Positions 37,971-51,619 of a DNA stretch of 64,000 nucleotides are shown here, piece after piece. The stretch lies in assembly GCF_018977255.1 (NCBI RefSeq), contig NW_024704742.1, positions 111,044,001-111,108,000 of the forward strand, read 5' to 3'. The notes beneath the pieces are model-generated. The model saw only the letters and a list, made by a program, of their open reading frames with translations. It did no database searches and was not told where the DNA came from. How positions within the stretch are numbered: position 1 is the stretch's first letter; each line of letters starts with the position of its first letter. This DNA comes from Callorhinchus milii. Lineage: Eukaryota. The position numbers and the translations under genes were made by a program.

Positions 37971-38698
37971 TCCTGTACTATTTGCATCTAAATCAGCCCA
38001 AGATATACTAGAATCACACAGGGACAAAGGATAAGAGATTTCTGGTGCTTAACCTCAGTTTAAGGCTTCCTGTTGATGAGGATTTTACACTATCGTGGCA
38101 ACTCAGGCAGCAATGGGAAATAGCAGACTTCTGCTGGATGGAGCTCTAAACATTCATGAATTAAGACAAATAAATCAAATGCTTGCTTATTCGATGACTG
38201 GGGAACAATTTGCTTTTTCATAATTGTAATCTACCGGCCTCTAATCTCAAAATTTCCTTCATAGTTTTGTGATGGAAAATCCATCTCAATATTACCTGAT
38301 AGGTTAACATTCCCTTAGAATTTGCCAGTAGTCATATATTTTTCCAGGTGTTTTTTTTAATGCATCTTTTGAAAAAGGTTCAGTGAACTGGAATAATTGG
38401 GGATTTTACTCGTCAGTGAATACAGAATCCCTATACATTGATTGACTTCACAGTCAGCTTGTAAACTCCACAGCTTTCACTTTTATTGCATTGTATTATG
38501 TGCTGCTTGTCAAACATGTTGATACATTAGTTAATTATTTCCCCCACATCAGGAATCTTGAAATTTGACCTTTTTTCAAATATGTACATCAAAGTTAAAA
38601 GGGCTACCATCCAATGATGGGGTGTAAATTATTTCAACTTTCAACTTGAGTCCTTTCCTGACTTTGTCAAGTGTCTTTTCTGTTTCATTTTCACCAAA

Positions 38699-39015
38699 GG
38701 CTCCCCTGATAGCTCAGCAAATTTATTCAATGAATAACTGAGTATTAGACTGGGAAAGTTTCACGGTCAATCCTTATTCTGTGCTGAGTCAGCTATTCTC
38801 AGCTGGGGCGGCACTAGAGCTGCTACAATTGGCAAAAAATCGGTGTCCCGGAGAAGGGAAAGGAAAAACAGTCAGGGCTTCCTTACTTCTGATCACAAAC
38901 CAACAACTCCTGTCAAATGAGGACAAGATCTAGCTGGGTTGGGGTGCCCACTCATCAAAAGGGCCCAAATGTGAATTACAGCTGTAGAACTGTATTCCAG
39001 TAGTAGAAAGGAATC
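38699..39015 (+). mobile_element. Ancient tRNA-derived SINE (AmnSINE2-like), best copy
   Basis: ggctcccctgatagctcag head; tctgtgctgagtcagctattctcagctggggcggc...gctacaattggc resembles my recollection of AmnSINE2. Family name is unverified. Confidence 0.55.
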
Positions 39016-40595
39016 ACATCAACAACAACTTGCATTTACATCCAGCCTTTCATACCGGGTAGCGTCCCAGAACGCTTACATCGATTCAAGAGAGAAGGAA
39101 GAAAGTTGTTAGAGACAATTGAATAAAAGGTACCACTGAATTCTATGATTTGTTGTGAAAGTAGTAAGTGGATTTACAGTTATGTGCTTGTTTCCACTCA
39201 TGAATCTCTAGTGACAATATCAAATTCAAGGATTATTATCATTATCATTATTATTATTATCATCATCTATGTAAGGTAAATACAATCTAATTGTTATTCA
39301 ATATCAATGTTACCTGGAAAGATTTGGTTAGCATCATTTTCAACCTATATATTTACATACGTAAACACGTTCACATGATATATCAGTACCTCTTTTCTCT
39401 CCCACTGTAACAAAATTTTATTTCATTAAACTATTCTATTTTCTCTCTTTTGCCCCCAGACATACATATCACTTCATAAATATTCTGATGCATTTTCCCC
39501 CAAATGTCTTCTCCTTTTCATTTGATTATTTTGACTCTAACACTATTATAATGCAAAGAAGAGTTAGTTATTGAGAATAATTCAATTCAGAGTATTTGGT
39601 AAAATTACTGGAATTTCCCTTTAACATGTCATGGATACAGATTCCTTTCTATCTCAAACAGAGATTCCTTCTAATCTGACACAGATTAAAATTGAGTGGG
39701 TGTAAATGGCCTGATTGGAATGCCTGCTCATCTCCTGTTAGTGTGTTCGACAGTACTCAGTAACACTTACAATCAGCATTGTAAATCAATGTCTGCTTCA
39801 TGTGTGATATTCATTATAAAGTGTCGACAGATTGTATTCACTGATGATGCCTTGTACAAATGTTTTGTGTGCCAAAACAGTCTCTACATTTTACAGTACA
39901 TATTGTGAAGCATTTTGAGACATCCTTCTAACATGAATGGCACTATATCAAATGTAATGATCATTTTATTTATTATTATTGGCTGCATTAGGGAAATGCC
40001 TTCGTGTGAAAGAGCTTCAATAAATTCACTTTTACTTGGAACCAGTAAATATACAATATTACTTTGTTAAGAACTGTTGGAAATGGCTTTCAAATTAAGG
40101 CAAAATTTAAGAATTTTCCAAAATTCGACATGTTCTTAACTTTTAAAATAATGGCTTTTAGGTGAAGACCCTAATTCCTACTACCTGTTTGGTTTGTAAA
40201 CCAAGCTGTTTGCACAGGACTATCCAATCTGCTGAGTACTTCATGTCCTCTTACGGAATGTATTCTGATTACAGACTACAGTTTGTGTTTCCTAAACACA
40301 TCTTTAGCAACTCACCAGGTTTTTCCATTAATTATCACCATTAACTCTCAGGAATATTTGGTCTTCCAAACCCAATTATACTTTACTCATAACAATTAGA
40401 TGCTAAATATGTTGAACATAGTGTTCTGTTTTATTGAAGAAATACCTTCTAAATTATGTTGTTCCAGTTCTTTTCAATATAATACAGTAGAATTTGTTAT
40501 GAGGTCATAACTGTAAATGGGGTCAAATAAAATTGCAACTCACATAATAATCGGTTTAATCAAAGAATGGATGCTGGCCATTTGACTGATATCAT

Positions 40596-40975
40596 AATAA
40601 TAATCCTTACATTTGATATAGCTTCTTTCATGATGGGAGGATGTATGTAAAATGTAGTGTCTGTGTATTTGTAGGCAAACCAATTTGTACCCAACAATTT
40701 CCCCAAAACACCCATTAAGTAATTGACCAATTTATTGGTGGGATTTTTGACCATGATACAGCGAGAAACCTTCTTTTCTTTTTAAGATCTTTAATGTTCA
40801 CCTGACAGACAACTTGATTTATCATCTCATCCAAAGGACATCATCTCCAAAAATGCAGCATACTCCCAGCACTGCATTGCCTGGATTATGAGTTTAAAGC
40901 CTCAAAGTGGGGCTAGAATTCACAATCTTCTGAATTAAATGCAAAAGTGCTACCAGACTGAAACCGGATGACACC
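40596..40975 (-). mobile_element. Old DeuSINE-like element
   Basis: Tail, Deu-like block (catctcatccaaaggac) and tRNA-like head at ~40905-40975. Confidence 0.65.
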
Positions 40976-41518
40976 TAAATAATGGTAAATGACAAATCTG
41001 CAGATAACCTGATACATCTCAGGTTGTAAATCTACTTGGATGCCAATTTCATTTTTGCCTCTGTGAAGCTTGGTTGCATTTAAGAAAGCTGCTTGTGCCT
41101 GACAGACCCCTTCGATAGGAGGGGTCTATTCTAATCTATGCTAGTTCTCTCCACTGCTGCTGAAACAGCTCCACATTTCACCATCTGCAACTTGGCAGGC
41201 GGAGAATCACTGATCTCACAAATTAAACTGTGTCTCAGCATGCCTACAAATTAAAGTTAACTGGAGTGGGTCTCCTGCAAAGGAAGCTCACTGGTGTGTG
41301 TTTATGTGAATGTGTGGACATTGTGTTCCAAAACACCCACAAATAAACTTTATGCAATGGAACAGGATGAACAGTGGCTTGAGTTCAAAACAGTGACTAA
41401 TATTGCTCAGAGTGTAATGGGTCTAGAACAAACTTTGTCAAAGTGAGACTCCCTAAGTTAAAAAAAACAATTGCACTTCCCCATGGTGTACTAAGACAAC
41501 ACAAAGAACTGAAAATCA

Positions 41519-41700
41519 TAATAATAGTAATAATAATCCTTGCATTTGATATAGCGCTTTTCATGTCTTCTAGACGTCTCAAAGAATAAACGTCACAGAA
41601 TAGACTGTCAAGTCAATTGACTGTATATTTGTGGGCGAAATGCAGCAGCCAATTTCATACAGCAGTGTCCTACAAACAGTTGTGTATTGAAGTGACCATT
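41519..41700 (-). mobile_element. SINE 3' half
   Basis: Same core and tail as the other young SINEs. Confidence 0.88.
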
Positions 41701-41704
41701 TCGT

Positions 41705-41871
41705 GACCGATTCGGTTGTTATAGTAAGCGCTGTTGCGGGGTTTGGTTGCCGGAGGAGCAGCTTCGCTGGGTCATGGGGCCAGTCCCATTGGGTGATATG
41801 CAACTGGTACCTCCCCTGGCGCACGCCTGCACCTCTCCAGGGAGATGTGCCCTATAGTTTGAGAACCTCTG
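41705..41871. mobile_element. hAT-Charlie-like single terminus
   Basis: Ends gtttgagaacctctg (= cagaggttctcaaac) followed by gtctaaag, resembling the NTCTAGAN target. GC-rich interior. Other end not found. Confidence 0.5.
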
Positions 41872-42964
41872 GTCTAAAGGGAAGGTAATGAGAAGATTGA
41901 ATGAGAGGGTCGAATGGGACTGCTTAGCAGAGACGCAATTATTTCAAGCAATTATTACTTAGAAGGCTCACAAACTGATTATTTTATCAGCTCGTGAACT
42001 ATTACCTTACACGTAAAATACATGATAAAATGTCAGCTAAATAATTAACATGTATGTCCGCTGGCTGCATGATTATTATTATTATTATTAAAATTATCAC
42101 ATTTACATTTCTGAAAATGCTCCAAAATGATGACTATACTAAACATTTTTCAAAATTAACATTTTTATCTGTAAAATTAATGTTTATGTCAATTAAATAC
42201 GTTTAGCTTTTACCTCCCATTCACAGGGTGAAAAGGCTTTATGGTGACATGAAAAACAAGCCCAAAATACTCTGCGTACTTTATATAAAGTTACGCAATA
42301 CATCACAGCTTAATGACAGCAAGTTTCCACATGCAGCTGCTGAACTTCAAGCGGTGGAACAGAACCAACACTGGCTTGAATTCAAACCTACCACAGAAAA
42401 CTCTGTCTGCTCAACCCAGCCTGAAATAGACAAGACAATCAGATGGAAGGGTAACTGTCACGCTACGATACAAAAACAACAAGAAGGGTGTTCTTTAGCC
42501 TCACGTTACTCTTTCCTGAATCTCATGTAATTACTTTTTAATGAACCCAATATGTCTGATTAATGTGTGCTACACAAAAACAATGGACCCTTTCACAAAC
42601 AAGGGTACTATATTCTTTCAGTTCTTTAAATCATGTGAATTTATGCATTTATGTTTCACACAAAGGGCACAGATTTTGTAAAGTTAAGGCAATATCTATT
42701 GTGACATTTAAAGAATTTGTGCCCCAAACTTCAGAACTCACAACCTTAGTTCGGAACACAAATAAATAAGATCTTTAATTGCCCTGATTTTGCTGTAACT
42801 TTCTTTTACATTTTAGGCAAAATAATCTAAGAATAACTATCATAAAGTAAGGGGGTGACATTCAATTTGCTTAGTAAACTTTATCAATGTTTAGCAAACA
42901 TTAGCAATGTGTTCTTATGACGGAAAAACTCATTAATCACCAGATTAGTTTGGGTCCTAAGAAG

Positions 42965-43380
42965 GACCCTTAGCCAATTTCATCTCATTCTTCCAGAATA
43001 TCCATACAACCATCTTCTCATCATAGAATATATCTTTTTTTTAATGATCCTAGTCTCAGTCACCCTTCCTGCTAACCTGTTCCAGTCATTAATTGTCCTC
43101 TGAGTAAAGAAATACTTATCCTAAATTTGCCCTTTGCAATTTGCTCTAAACGTATGTCCTCTTGTCCTATAGTCTCATTGCATCTCAAAATTGCCTGGGT
43201 TCACTTTCTCACTCCCACTAAAATCTTGTATCATAAAATCCTCTCTGAGACATCTCTTTTAAGACTGAAAAGCCACAGTTTGTGTAATTGTTGCTCATAA
43301 CCTAGTCAATTATCTGGTCATTATCCCTAAATGTACGTAACAGAAGTAGTTGAGGAGTTGAGCACTAAACTCTAAACCAG
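42965..43380 (-). mobile_element. Very old CR1 3' fragment
   Basis: ctctgagtaaagaaatactt, tatgtcctcttgtcc, aagactgaaaagcc resemble antisense CR1 ORF2 end. Confidence 0.5.
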
Positions 43381-43628
43381 AATATTACAGAATTGAGTCC
43401 AAGGGGTCACTAGTCACTCTGTTGTACATTCTCAGTTGGTTGCCAGTCTGTCAGCTAGAATACTACATGAAGGCAAACATGAAAGAGGTGTTCTCTCTTG
43501 GTGTTGGAGATATAAATATAACAAACTCTGCTCCTCTGGAATCACAGGCTCCTTATCTGGGATAGGCAGCCATTACTGGCAATGCCAAAGAATAGATCAC
43601 AATTCCCACTATCCCATTTTCCTGGCTT

Positions 43629-46270
43629 ACAACAACAACAACAATTTGGATTTATATAATGCCCTTCACGCCGGATGGCGTCTCCGAGCGCTTTACAGTT
43701 TAGGATTCCAGGACCGAGCCAGGGGGAGGGGGAGGAAGTTAACCAAAGGCGCGGTCGAAAAGAAAGGTCTTAAGCAGAGACCTGAAAATGGGAAGGGAGG
43801 GGGCGAGATGAAGGGAGTGAGAAAGGCAGTTCCAGAGCCTCGGGGCATAGTGGCTGAAGGCACGGCCGCCGAGGATGGAGCGGAGGACTCGGGGGACGAG
43901 GAGGAGGCCAGAACTGGAGGAACAAAGGCAACAGGTACTGTTTTGAGGAGAGAGATCAGAGGTAGGGGGTGCAGAGGAGTGCAGGGACTTGAATACAAGG
44001 GTGAGGATCTTGACATCGATCCTCCCTGGGATAGGCAGCCAGTGCAGACTGGCGAGGACTGGGGTAATCGGGGAGCGGAGTTTGGTACGAGTGAGAATCC
44101 GGGCAGCAGAGTTTTGAATGATTTGGATTTTATGGATGGTAGTGGATGGGAGACCGGCGAGGAGGGTATTAGAGTAGTCCAGCCGAGAGGTGACAAATGC
44201 ATGGACCAGGGTTTCAGCGGCTTTTGGGGAGAGGTATTGGCGGAGACGGGTGATGCGTCGGAGGTGGAAGAAAGCGGTGCTGGTGAGGGACCAGATGTGG
44301 GGGAGGAAGGATAATTGGGGGTCGAACCTGATGCCTAGGTTGCATACGGGTTCGGAGAGCTTTAGGGGGAGGTCGGGTAGGTGGAGGAAGTGAGAGCCAT
44401 GAGATTTTAGACGTTGACGAGAGCCAAAGAGTATGGCTTCTGTCTTGTCAACAATCAGCTTAAGGAAGTTTGCGCTCATCCAGCCCCTGAGGTCTGACAG
44501 GCCGGCTGACAGAACATCAGGGGACTGGGGGTTGCAAAGAGAGGTGGAAAAATAGAGTTGGGTGTCCTCTGCATACATGTGGAAATGTACCCCAAGAGGG
44601 AGCATGTAGATCAGAACGAGGAGGGGCCAAGGGTGGATCCTTGGGTACCCGGCAGGTGACTAGGTGAGAGCGAGAGGAGAAGCCGTTTGTGCAGATGTAC
44701 TGCTGGCGGTTTGTGAGGTAGGACTCGAACCAGGCGAGTGTGGTCCCACTGAGGTGGATGATGGAGGAAATGCGGTGGAGGAGGATGGCGTGATCGACTG
44801 TGTCGAATCCGGCGGAGAGGTCCAGGAGGACAAGGAAGCAGAGGGAGCCCAGGTCACAGATAGAGAGGATGTCATTTGTGACTGGACTGGAGGGGTTCGA
44901 AGAGGGAGTGGGAGGAGAGGTGTGCGCGAAGTTGGTTGGCAACAACGCGTTCTAGAACTTTTGAGAGGAAGAGCAGGTTAGAAATAGGGTGGTAATAGCT
45001 GGGGTTTGAGGGATCTAGGGAGGGTTTTTTCAGGGGGTGGGGGGGGTGATGACAGCAGTTTTGAGGGAGGCAGGGACTGATTTGGAGGAGAGGGACTGGT
45101 TGATGATGTCAGCCAGTAGTGGGCAGAGGAGGGGAAGCTGGGTGACTAGTAAGTTGGTGGGGAGGGTGTCGAGGCAGCAGGTGGTGGGTTTCATGGAGAT
45201 GATGGTGGGTGAGAGGGAGGAGGGAAAGATGGGGAGGAATGAATGTAGAATGGGGGTGGTGGTAGGAGCAGATGATGAGGAAGATGATGGGGACAAAGAG
45301 GGCGTGGTGGTGGGTGACAAGGGGCAGGTGGATGAGGCTGCCTGGCAGATGTTAAGTATTTTTGATGAATAGAAGTCCATGACTTCCTCGCACTTGGCAT
45401 TTGATACGAAGATTGAGGAGGCCTGAGGGGGGGCACGGAGGAGGTAGTGGGTGGTGGAAAAAAGGATTTTGGGGCTGTGTTTAGCCTCCAAGATGATATT
45501 GGAGTAGAAGGCTGTTTTTGCGCGTGTCAAAGAACCTCGGTAGCTGTGGAGATGCTTGAGCCACAGTTGGCAGTGAACTGTCAGGCCAGTTTTCTGCCAT
45601 CTGTGGTCGAGCACCCAGGTTTGGGTTTTTAGGCAGCGGAGATGGTTATTGTACCAGGGGGATCGGGTGCGTTTGGAGATGGTCCTGGATTTCAGGGAAC
45701 TAGGAGTTGAATGTGGAGGAGAAGCGATGATGGAGCAGCTGGATGGCTACTTCAGATCTCCGCGGGTGGAAGGCCAGGGGGATAGGATGTTTGATGATGA
45801 GAGGGCCTTTGTGAGGGTCTCAGGGGGTAGCCTTTTCCAAGGGCGGTAGAGGATGGTTGCGGACTTGGTGGAAGAGAAAGGGATGTGAGAGGAGAAGGAG
45901 ATGAAAAAGTTGTCTGAAATGGCCTTGTCCACTATGCTGAGGTTGGAAATGTCAAGGCCATGGGTGATGACGAGGTCGAGTGCATGACCACGGTTGTGGG
46001 TGGGTGAATTTATATGGAGGGTAAGGTTTAGGGAGGAGAGGAGGGCAGTGAAATCGGCAGAAGTGGTGCAAGGGGAGTTTAGGTGGAGGTTGAAATCGCC
46101 CATTATGAGTAGGCGCTCGGAGCAGAGGGACAAGGAAGAGAGGAGAGTAGAGATGTCTGTGTGGAAGGAGCCAGGGGGCTTAGGTGGGCAGCAGACAAGG
46201 AAGATTTTCAAAGGGAGAGAGCGGTGGAAGAGAGTGAGGTGCTCGAAGGAGGGGAAGCAGACAGAAGAGT
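43629..46270 (-). mobile_element. Longest L2 copy (~2.6 kb): AP-endonuclease plus RT, disrupted
   Basis: APE motifs LLIMGDFNLH, PTHNRGHALDLVIT, ISDN; RT motifs LLDLSAGFDTVDH, YAEDTQLY; L2 tail. Several frameshifts. Confidence 0.95.
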
Positions 46271-46714
46271 AGGGGCTTAGAAGATGAAGAACATGAAGAG
46301 AAAGAAACAGAAAGAATGTAATGTGACTCTATAATGTATAGCCACTGTGCGATGTCAGAGAAACAAATATGAATTGTCACTTATTAAGCTTGGCATTGTA
46401 AAAAAAAGTATACAATATACAATTTATATTGCAACTATCATGTTGGCACAATGTCTCAAAAAAGCAGATATCTGGGAATGTTTTCAAGGTTGTAATCTCA
46501 TTTTAGATTTCAGATTAAATCATAGATATTACAGCACAGAAAGGCAATCAACCCTTCCTAACCCTAGAAAGGCTTGGGTTAATTTAGCCTCCCTTTACAG
46601 AAGTAAACTCAGCATGCACTGTGATTCAAACGAGTGAGCTATTGGTCTGTAACTTGCAGCTCTATCCACCACACTATTAGGCTGCCACCAAGGATTTTTC
46701 TATTGTCTGATTAC

Positions 46715-47192
46715 TTCAATGCTTCTGTATGTCAGAAGGTTGTGGATTCAAGCCCCACACCAGGATTTGAACTCACATAATCTAAGCCATCGCTCCAATG
46801 CAGTGCTGGGGGGAGGGGGAGTTTGCATTATCAGAGATACCGTCCTTCGGATGAGACATTCCACCAATATTTATTCAGTCTGTTCACGTGGACGTTAAAG
46901 ATCCCATGGCACTACTTAAAAAGAGTCAGGAGTTTCTCCCGGTGTCCTAGCCAACAATCTCCCAGACAAAATTGGTTATTAATTTCATGGCTGTTTGTGG
47001 ATATTGCTTTGTGCAATTGAGCTGCTGCGTTCACCAACAAATACACAGTCACTCCATTTCACAAGTCCTTGGCCCTCTCCTCTGTGATGTGCTTTGAGAC
47101 AGCACCTCTGCCATGCAGCAAATCCTGTGATGTGCTTGAGACATCCTCCTGACTTTATAGGCGCTAGACCAAATCAAGGATTATTATTATCA
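46715..47192 (+). mobile_element. DeuSINE-like element, near complete
   Basis: tRNA-like head remnant, Deu-domain-like ccttcggatgagac...gtggacgttaaagatcccatggcactac...ttctcccggtgtcctagccaac, L2-type tail. Confidence 0.8.
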
Positions 47193-47204
47193 TTTTTTAC
47201 TCGT

Positions 47205-47590
47205 TGCTTAAGAGTATCCAAACCAAACTGAGAATTCCTTACATCTCACCTCTGCATGGAAATTCGAGATGTTTATTGGAAGGGAATACGCACTCTCTCG
47301 CTGGAGAGAAGCATCCTGCTTACCTAATTCTGGAAATTATTAGGCGCAGGTTGGCAAGAGCTAAAGCTTGGGTACCCCTGGAGTTTAACCAGTTAAAACC
47401 GCATAGAATATCATTCAAAGAACTGTGTGGCAAGCTTCCCACTCTTGTCCAGCCAAGACCACCCTACCCATTAGGGTTTTGACTTGCAGGATTAACAGGA
47501 GCTGAGCAGGAAGAATCCCTTCCCTGACCCCAGTGACCATGGTGTCTGTCCCTCCAAGTCCTATCAATGAGGCAAAGTTGGCCAGAACCC
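47205..47590. repeat. Unclassified interspersed repeat, copy B
   Basis: Collinear with 6890-7350 and 57790-58340. Confidence 0.8.
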
Positions 47591-47819
47591 AAATTTATCC
47601 CCACCCCCACACCCTCCCTAAACCCCGGAGGATAGTCACTTGATGGTCATTTGACATCTGTCAATTGTGGGTTTGAGCCCTCACTCGGTGGATTGTAACT
47701 ACCAGGAATACCGTGTGAGATTCCTGGTGGGCAACACATGAAATGCCTGAGAACAATGCCACTATCTTCCTGTCCGCAACACGAACACAAATTTCTTCTC
47801 ATTGAATAATGGTTAATAA

Positions 47820-49440
47820 TCAAACCCACCACCTGCTCCCTCGATCCCATCCCCACCTCTTTCCTCATCTCCCAGCTCCACCTTCTGGCCCCTCTGCTGT
47901 CCGATATCATCAACCTCTCCTTGTCCACCTGTTCAGTTCCCACCCCCCTAAAAGCAACCGTCATCAACCCCATCTTGAAAAAACCTTCCCTGGATCCATC
48001 CCTCCTCTCCAGCTACCGCTCCATTTCTAACCTCCCATTCCTCTCCAACGTCCTGGAACGAGTCGTCGCGTCCCAGCTCCGCTCCTTTCTTTCTCACCAT
48101 TCCCTCTTTGAACCCCTCCAATCCGGCTTTTGCGCTGCCCACAGCACGGAAACAGCCTTGGTCAAAGTCATTGATGACATTCTGAACATCTATGATCAGG
48201 CGTCCCTCTGCCTCCTTGTCCTCCTCGACCTCTCCGCCGCCTTCAACACTGTCGACCACTCCATCTTCATACACCTCCTCTTTACTCAGTCTTCACGGAC
48301 CTGCCCTTGCCTGGTTCAATTCCTATCTCTCTCACCGTCTCCACTTTGTTGCCTCTAACGATTTCTCCTCCAAGCCCTGCACTGTCACGTCTGGCGTCCC
48401 CCAGGGCTCTGTCCTTGGCCCTCTCCTCTTTAATATCTACATGCTCCCCCTTGGTGACATCATCCACAGATATGGGGTCAACTTCCATATGTATGCGGAT
48501 GACATCCAACTCTATCTTTCTGCCTTCACCCTCAACTCCAGGACCACTGCTGTCCTGACGACTGCCTGTCGGACATCAAGTCCTGGATGAGGGCAAATTT
48601 CCTACCGTTGAATGTGAACAAGACTGAGGCCCTCCTGATTGGCTCACGCCAGCGCCTCAGCATCTCAGGCTCTGGCAGCATCAACCTCCATGGTTGCACA
48701 CTTCAACTCACCAAGCCAGTCAGGAACCTCGGTGTCTTGTTCAACCCTCAATTGTCTGTTCTCCCCCACATCCAAGCCATGACCCGCTCTGCCTTCCTTC
48801 ACCTCCGTAACATCGCCCAATTCTGCCAATACCTCAGCCCTCAGGCCGCTGAAACTCCTGTTCGTGTCTTCATCACCTCCAGACTCGACTGTACAAACGC
48901 CCTGCTTGTCGGCCTTCCCAACTCCTCCCTCCACAGACAGCAGATAATCCAGAACTCTGCAGCCCGTGTCCTCTCCCACACCAAATTCCGTGACCCCATC
49001 TCCCCCACTCTCACCTGATTCCATTGGCTCCCTATCCTTCAGAGGATCCAGTTCAAGATCCTGATCCTCACCTACAAAGCCCTCCATGGCTTCGCCCCAC
49101 CCTACCTCTGCGACCTCCTAACCCCCTACCAACCCGCCCGTTCCCTCCGCTCAGCCGGCTCTGGCCTGCTCCATGTCCCCCGAACCACCATTGGCGGAAG
49201 AGCTTTCAGCCACTCTGCCCCCAACCTCTGGAATTCCATCCCCCAGTCACTCTGCCTCGCCCCCTCCTAAGCCTCCTTCAAGTCCCACCTCAAGACCCTC
49301 CTCTTTGACCATGCCATCGGCCACACCCTTCCCTTCCCCTCCTTTCCACCCCCAGCTTGGGTCTGAAATGTTGTACTCTGTCCAGCGCCTTGGGACATTC
49401 TCCTGACGTGAAAGGCGCTATACAAATGTGCTGTTGTTGT
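47820..49440 (+). mobile_element. L2, 5'-truncated, frameshifted RT
   Basis: [44 protein letters not shown]2 tail. Confidence 0.96.
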
Positions 49441-51619
49441 AATCCACCAGTTGGGGGTGCAGACCTCAAAGTGGATTCCAGGCGATGGATAAATCAAAAC
49501 CTGTTCACAAATTCCGGGTAGCACCTTCCAGCAGTTGTCTACCCAAGCCTCAGAGTTTCCTCATCAACTACCTGGCAGACATCTGCCTTCAGCACTGTGG
49601 GGGGACTTTTACATGACAGCCTGTGACATACCAGCCATCTTGATGTTCTCAAGGTTCAATGCTGTGTACCAGGCTTACTCAGCACCAGCTGCTCAATCCA
49701 GGTCCTCGTGTGTGGGGCCTTGACAAATAATTATTAACAAACAGGCAATCAGCTTACTTTAATACAATGTCAAAACATGATTTTAAAAAAATGCAGTCTG
49801 TTCGCAGAACGATTGCAGAATTTAAACTTTTTTTCCATGTTTGAAATTGATTTGGATGCACCATCTTAGTGCAAAAATGTTGGTACTAATCTTAATATGG
49901 CTCCAATGAGCTGGAGTTTTTTTTTTTGGTGATGTTTTATTTTTCAAAGTTTTATGAATACTGAGTAAATGGATGCAAGTGCAAGCTCACAGTATGTGAA
50001 CTACCTGAAAACATCGATCTCCGTGGCTTTGCAGTTTTCTAAAAGGGTGTCAGGTTTGAAATTTCATCTAGTCTTCGGCTGAAAAAACAATTTTGTATTG
50101 AAATTGTAAGACTGCAATTCTTAAATTCTGTCTTAATTTGGAAATTGCTTTCCTGCAGTTCTTAAAAAGAAGTGACTTTCAAATGACTGGATATTAGAAT
50201 TTTCCACAGTTCTACACAATCTAAAATGTTACCTTGTGCTCTGATAGGCTAAGATTGGATCAGACTTGTAGTTCGGTGTTGATGAGCTTGATTTGATTTA
50301 CCTGTGAGTGAAAATTGGGTGGAGGGGAAGGAAGAGAAGAACTAGAGGAGGAGGACACTAGGTGTTATATCAAAGAGGACAAATCACTCTGATAAGGGAT
50401 CAGCAGGGCTTAGTTAGTTGGAATTATTCAAAGCATTATTTAGCAAATCAGCAAACGTATCCAAGGATCTTTATACCTAGATATGCGCTGGTATCACGCC
50501 ATCTGGCATCATCATATTAGACTGTTTGCAATTTCTTGATATCTTCATTGTACGAAAACAAACAAGAGGGAATGTTGCCATCAGTTCTGCTTTTAAAACT
50601 CACGCAAGTTTCATTAAATGCCACATTTCCCCCCCCCCTACTGTGTTAGTTACAGTTTAATCTTTGAGTATTTATTTGTTTAAAGTTGTGAGTTGTGCCA
50701 TTGGTCTTACTGGGGAGAATTGGCTGAGAACAGTTATGGAGCCTGATAGCAAGAGAGAGAAAAATGAATTGGCTCAGTTCAATGCAGTCACTAACCTCTA
50801 ATGCTTTTGCAAGACATTGACATTTAAACTGTGTGTACAGTAGTTCAGCCCCCTCAGTGTCAGGCATGGTAATGCTTAAAAACAATTCCATCAATAATGC
50901 CATAAACACTGTTGAACCAAAATATACAAAAAAAACCTCAGAATTGGGCAGCAATAAAATAAATAAAACATGCAGAAGATGATTGGAAATCTTTCTAAAT
51001 GTTTGGTTTCTTACAGAGGTACTGATTGTGCCATTTCCTCTTTCAGCTAATTCTATCCACATGCTTTCAAGTCTCTTGGCACGAGACTGATGTTCTCAGT
51101 ATGTTCTTAACTGTTCTTCTTCCTATCACAGGAATGATCTGTAAAAGTTCCCCAGAAAGATCAGTGGCAGGAAGTGCAGCTGTTTGTGTGCGGAGCGGAG
51201 AGAGAGGAGGGAGAGAAGGAAACTGGTGGTCTGAAGATTGACTGACGTGTTCTGTGAGTGCTAATAATTTAGCAGGAAGAGAATACAACTGTACCAACTT
51301 GTATAAATAACCAGTTGGCCTAACTCCAGATGCTGCAGTTTTCACAGTGTCTAACCAGGCCCATCCCCCACCTTGCTCAATTACAGCAAGTTACAGGCAT
51401 GACTGAGCAGTCCTATAATTTCAGCAGAAGAGTTCACTTCACCTTAGCTTCTGTTTGCCTCAACCAAGATCTTCTCTCTCTCATACATGGTGCCCATATG
51501 AAGACGTAAAGCTTTACTTTCTTCCTTAATTTTATCACACTTATCATCTTTTAAGATCATCAAACTCATTTTTTTCCCCTTCAATGTCCTTCCCTCCTTT
51601 CCTGAGGGTGCTAACTCAT

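Noticed and set aside
43436..44314. 292-aa plus-strand ORF and similar G/E/R-rich ORFs (36014-36586, 11533-11958, 48665-49087)
   Set aside because: Antisense shadows of C-rich L2 ORF2 sequence. No independent protein signal.
43629..46270. Possible functional RT/endonuclease or domesticated RT gene
   Set aside because: Split by frameshifts, catalytic YADD changed to YAED, ends in an ordinary L2 tail. All other RT pieces are also truncated and disrupted.
50646..51062. 138-aa minus-strand ORF in non-repeat DNA
   Set aside because: No recognisable domain, and it is not needed in the ADGRV1 frame because the flanking exons are contiguous in the protein. Treated as a chance ORF.
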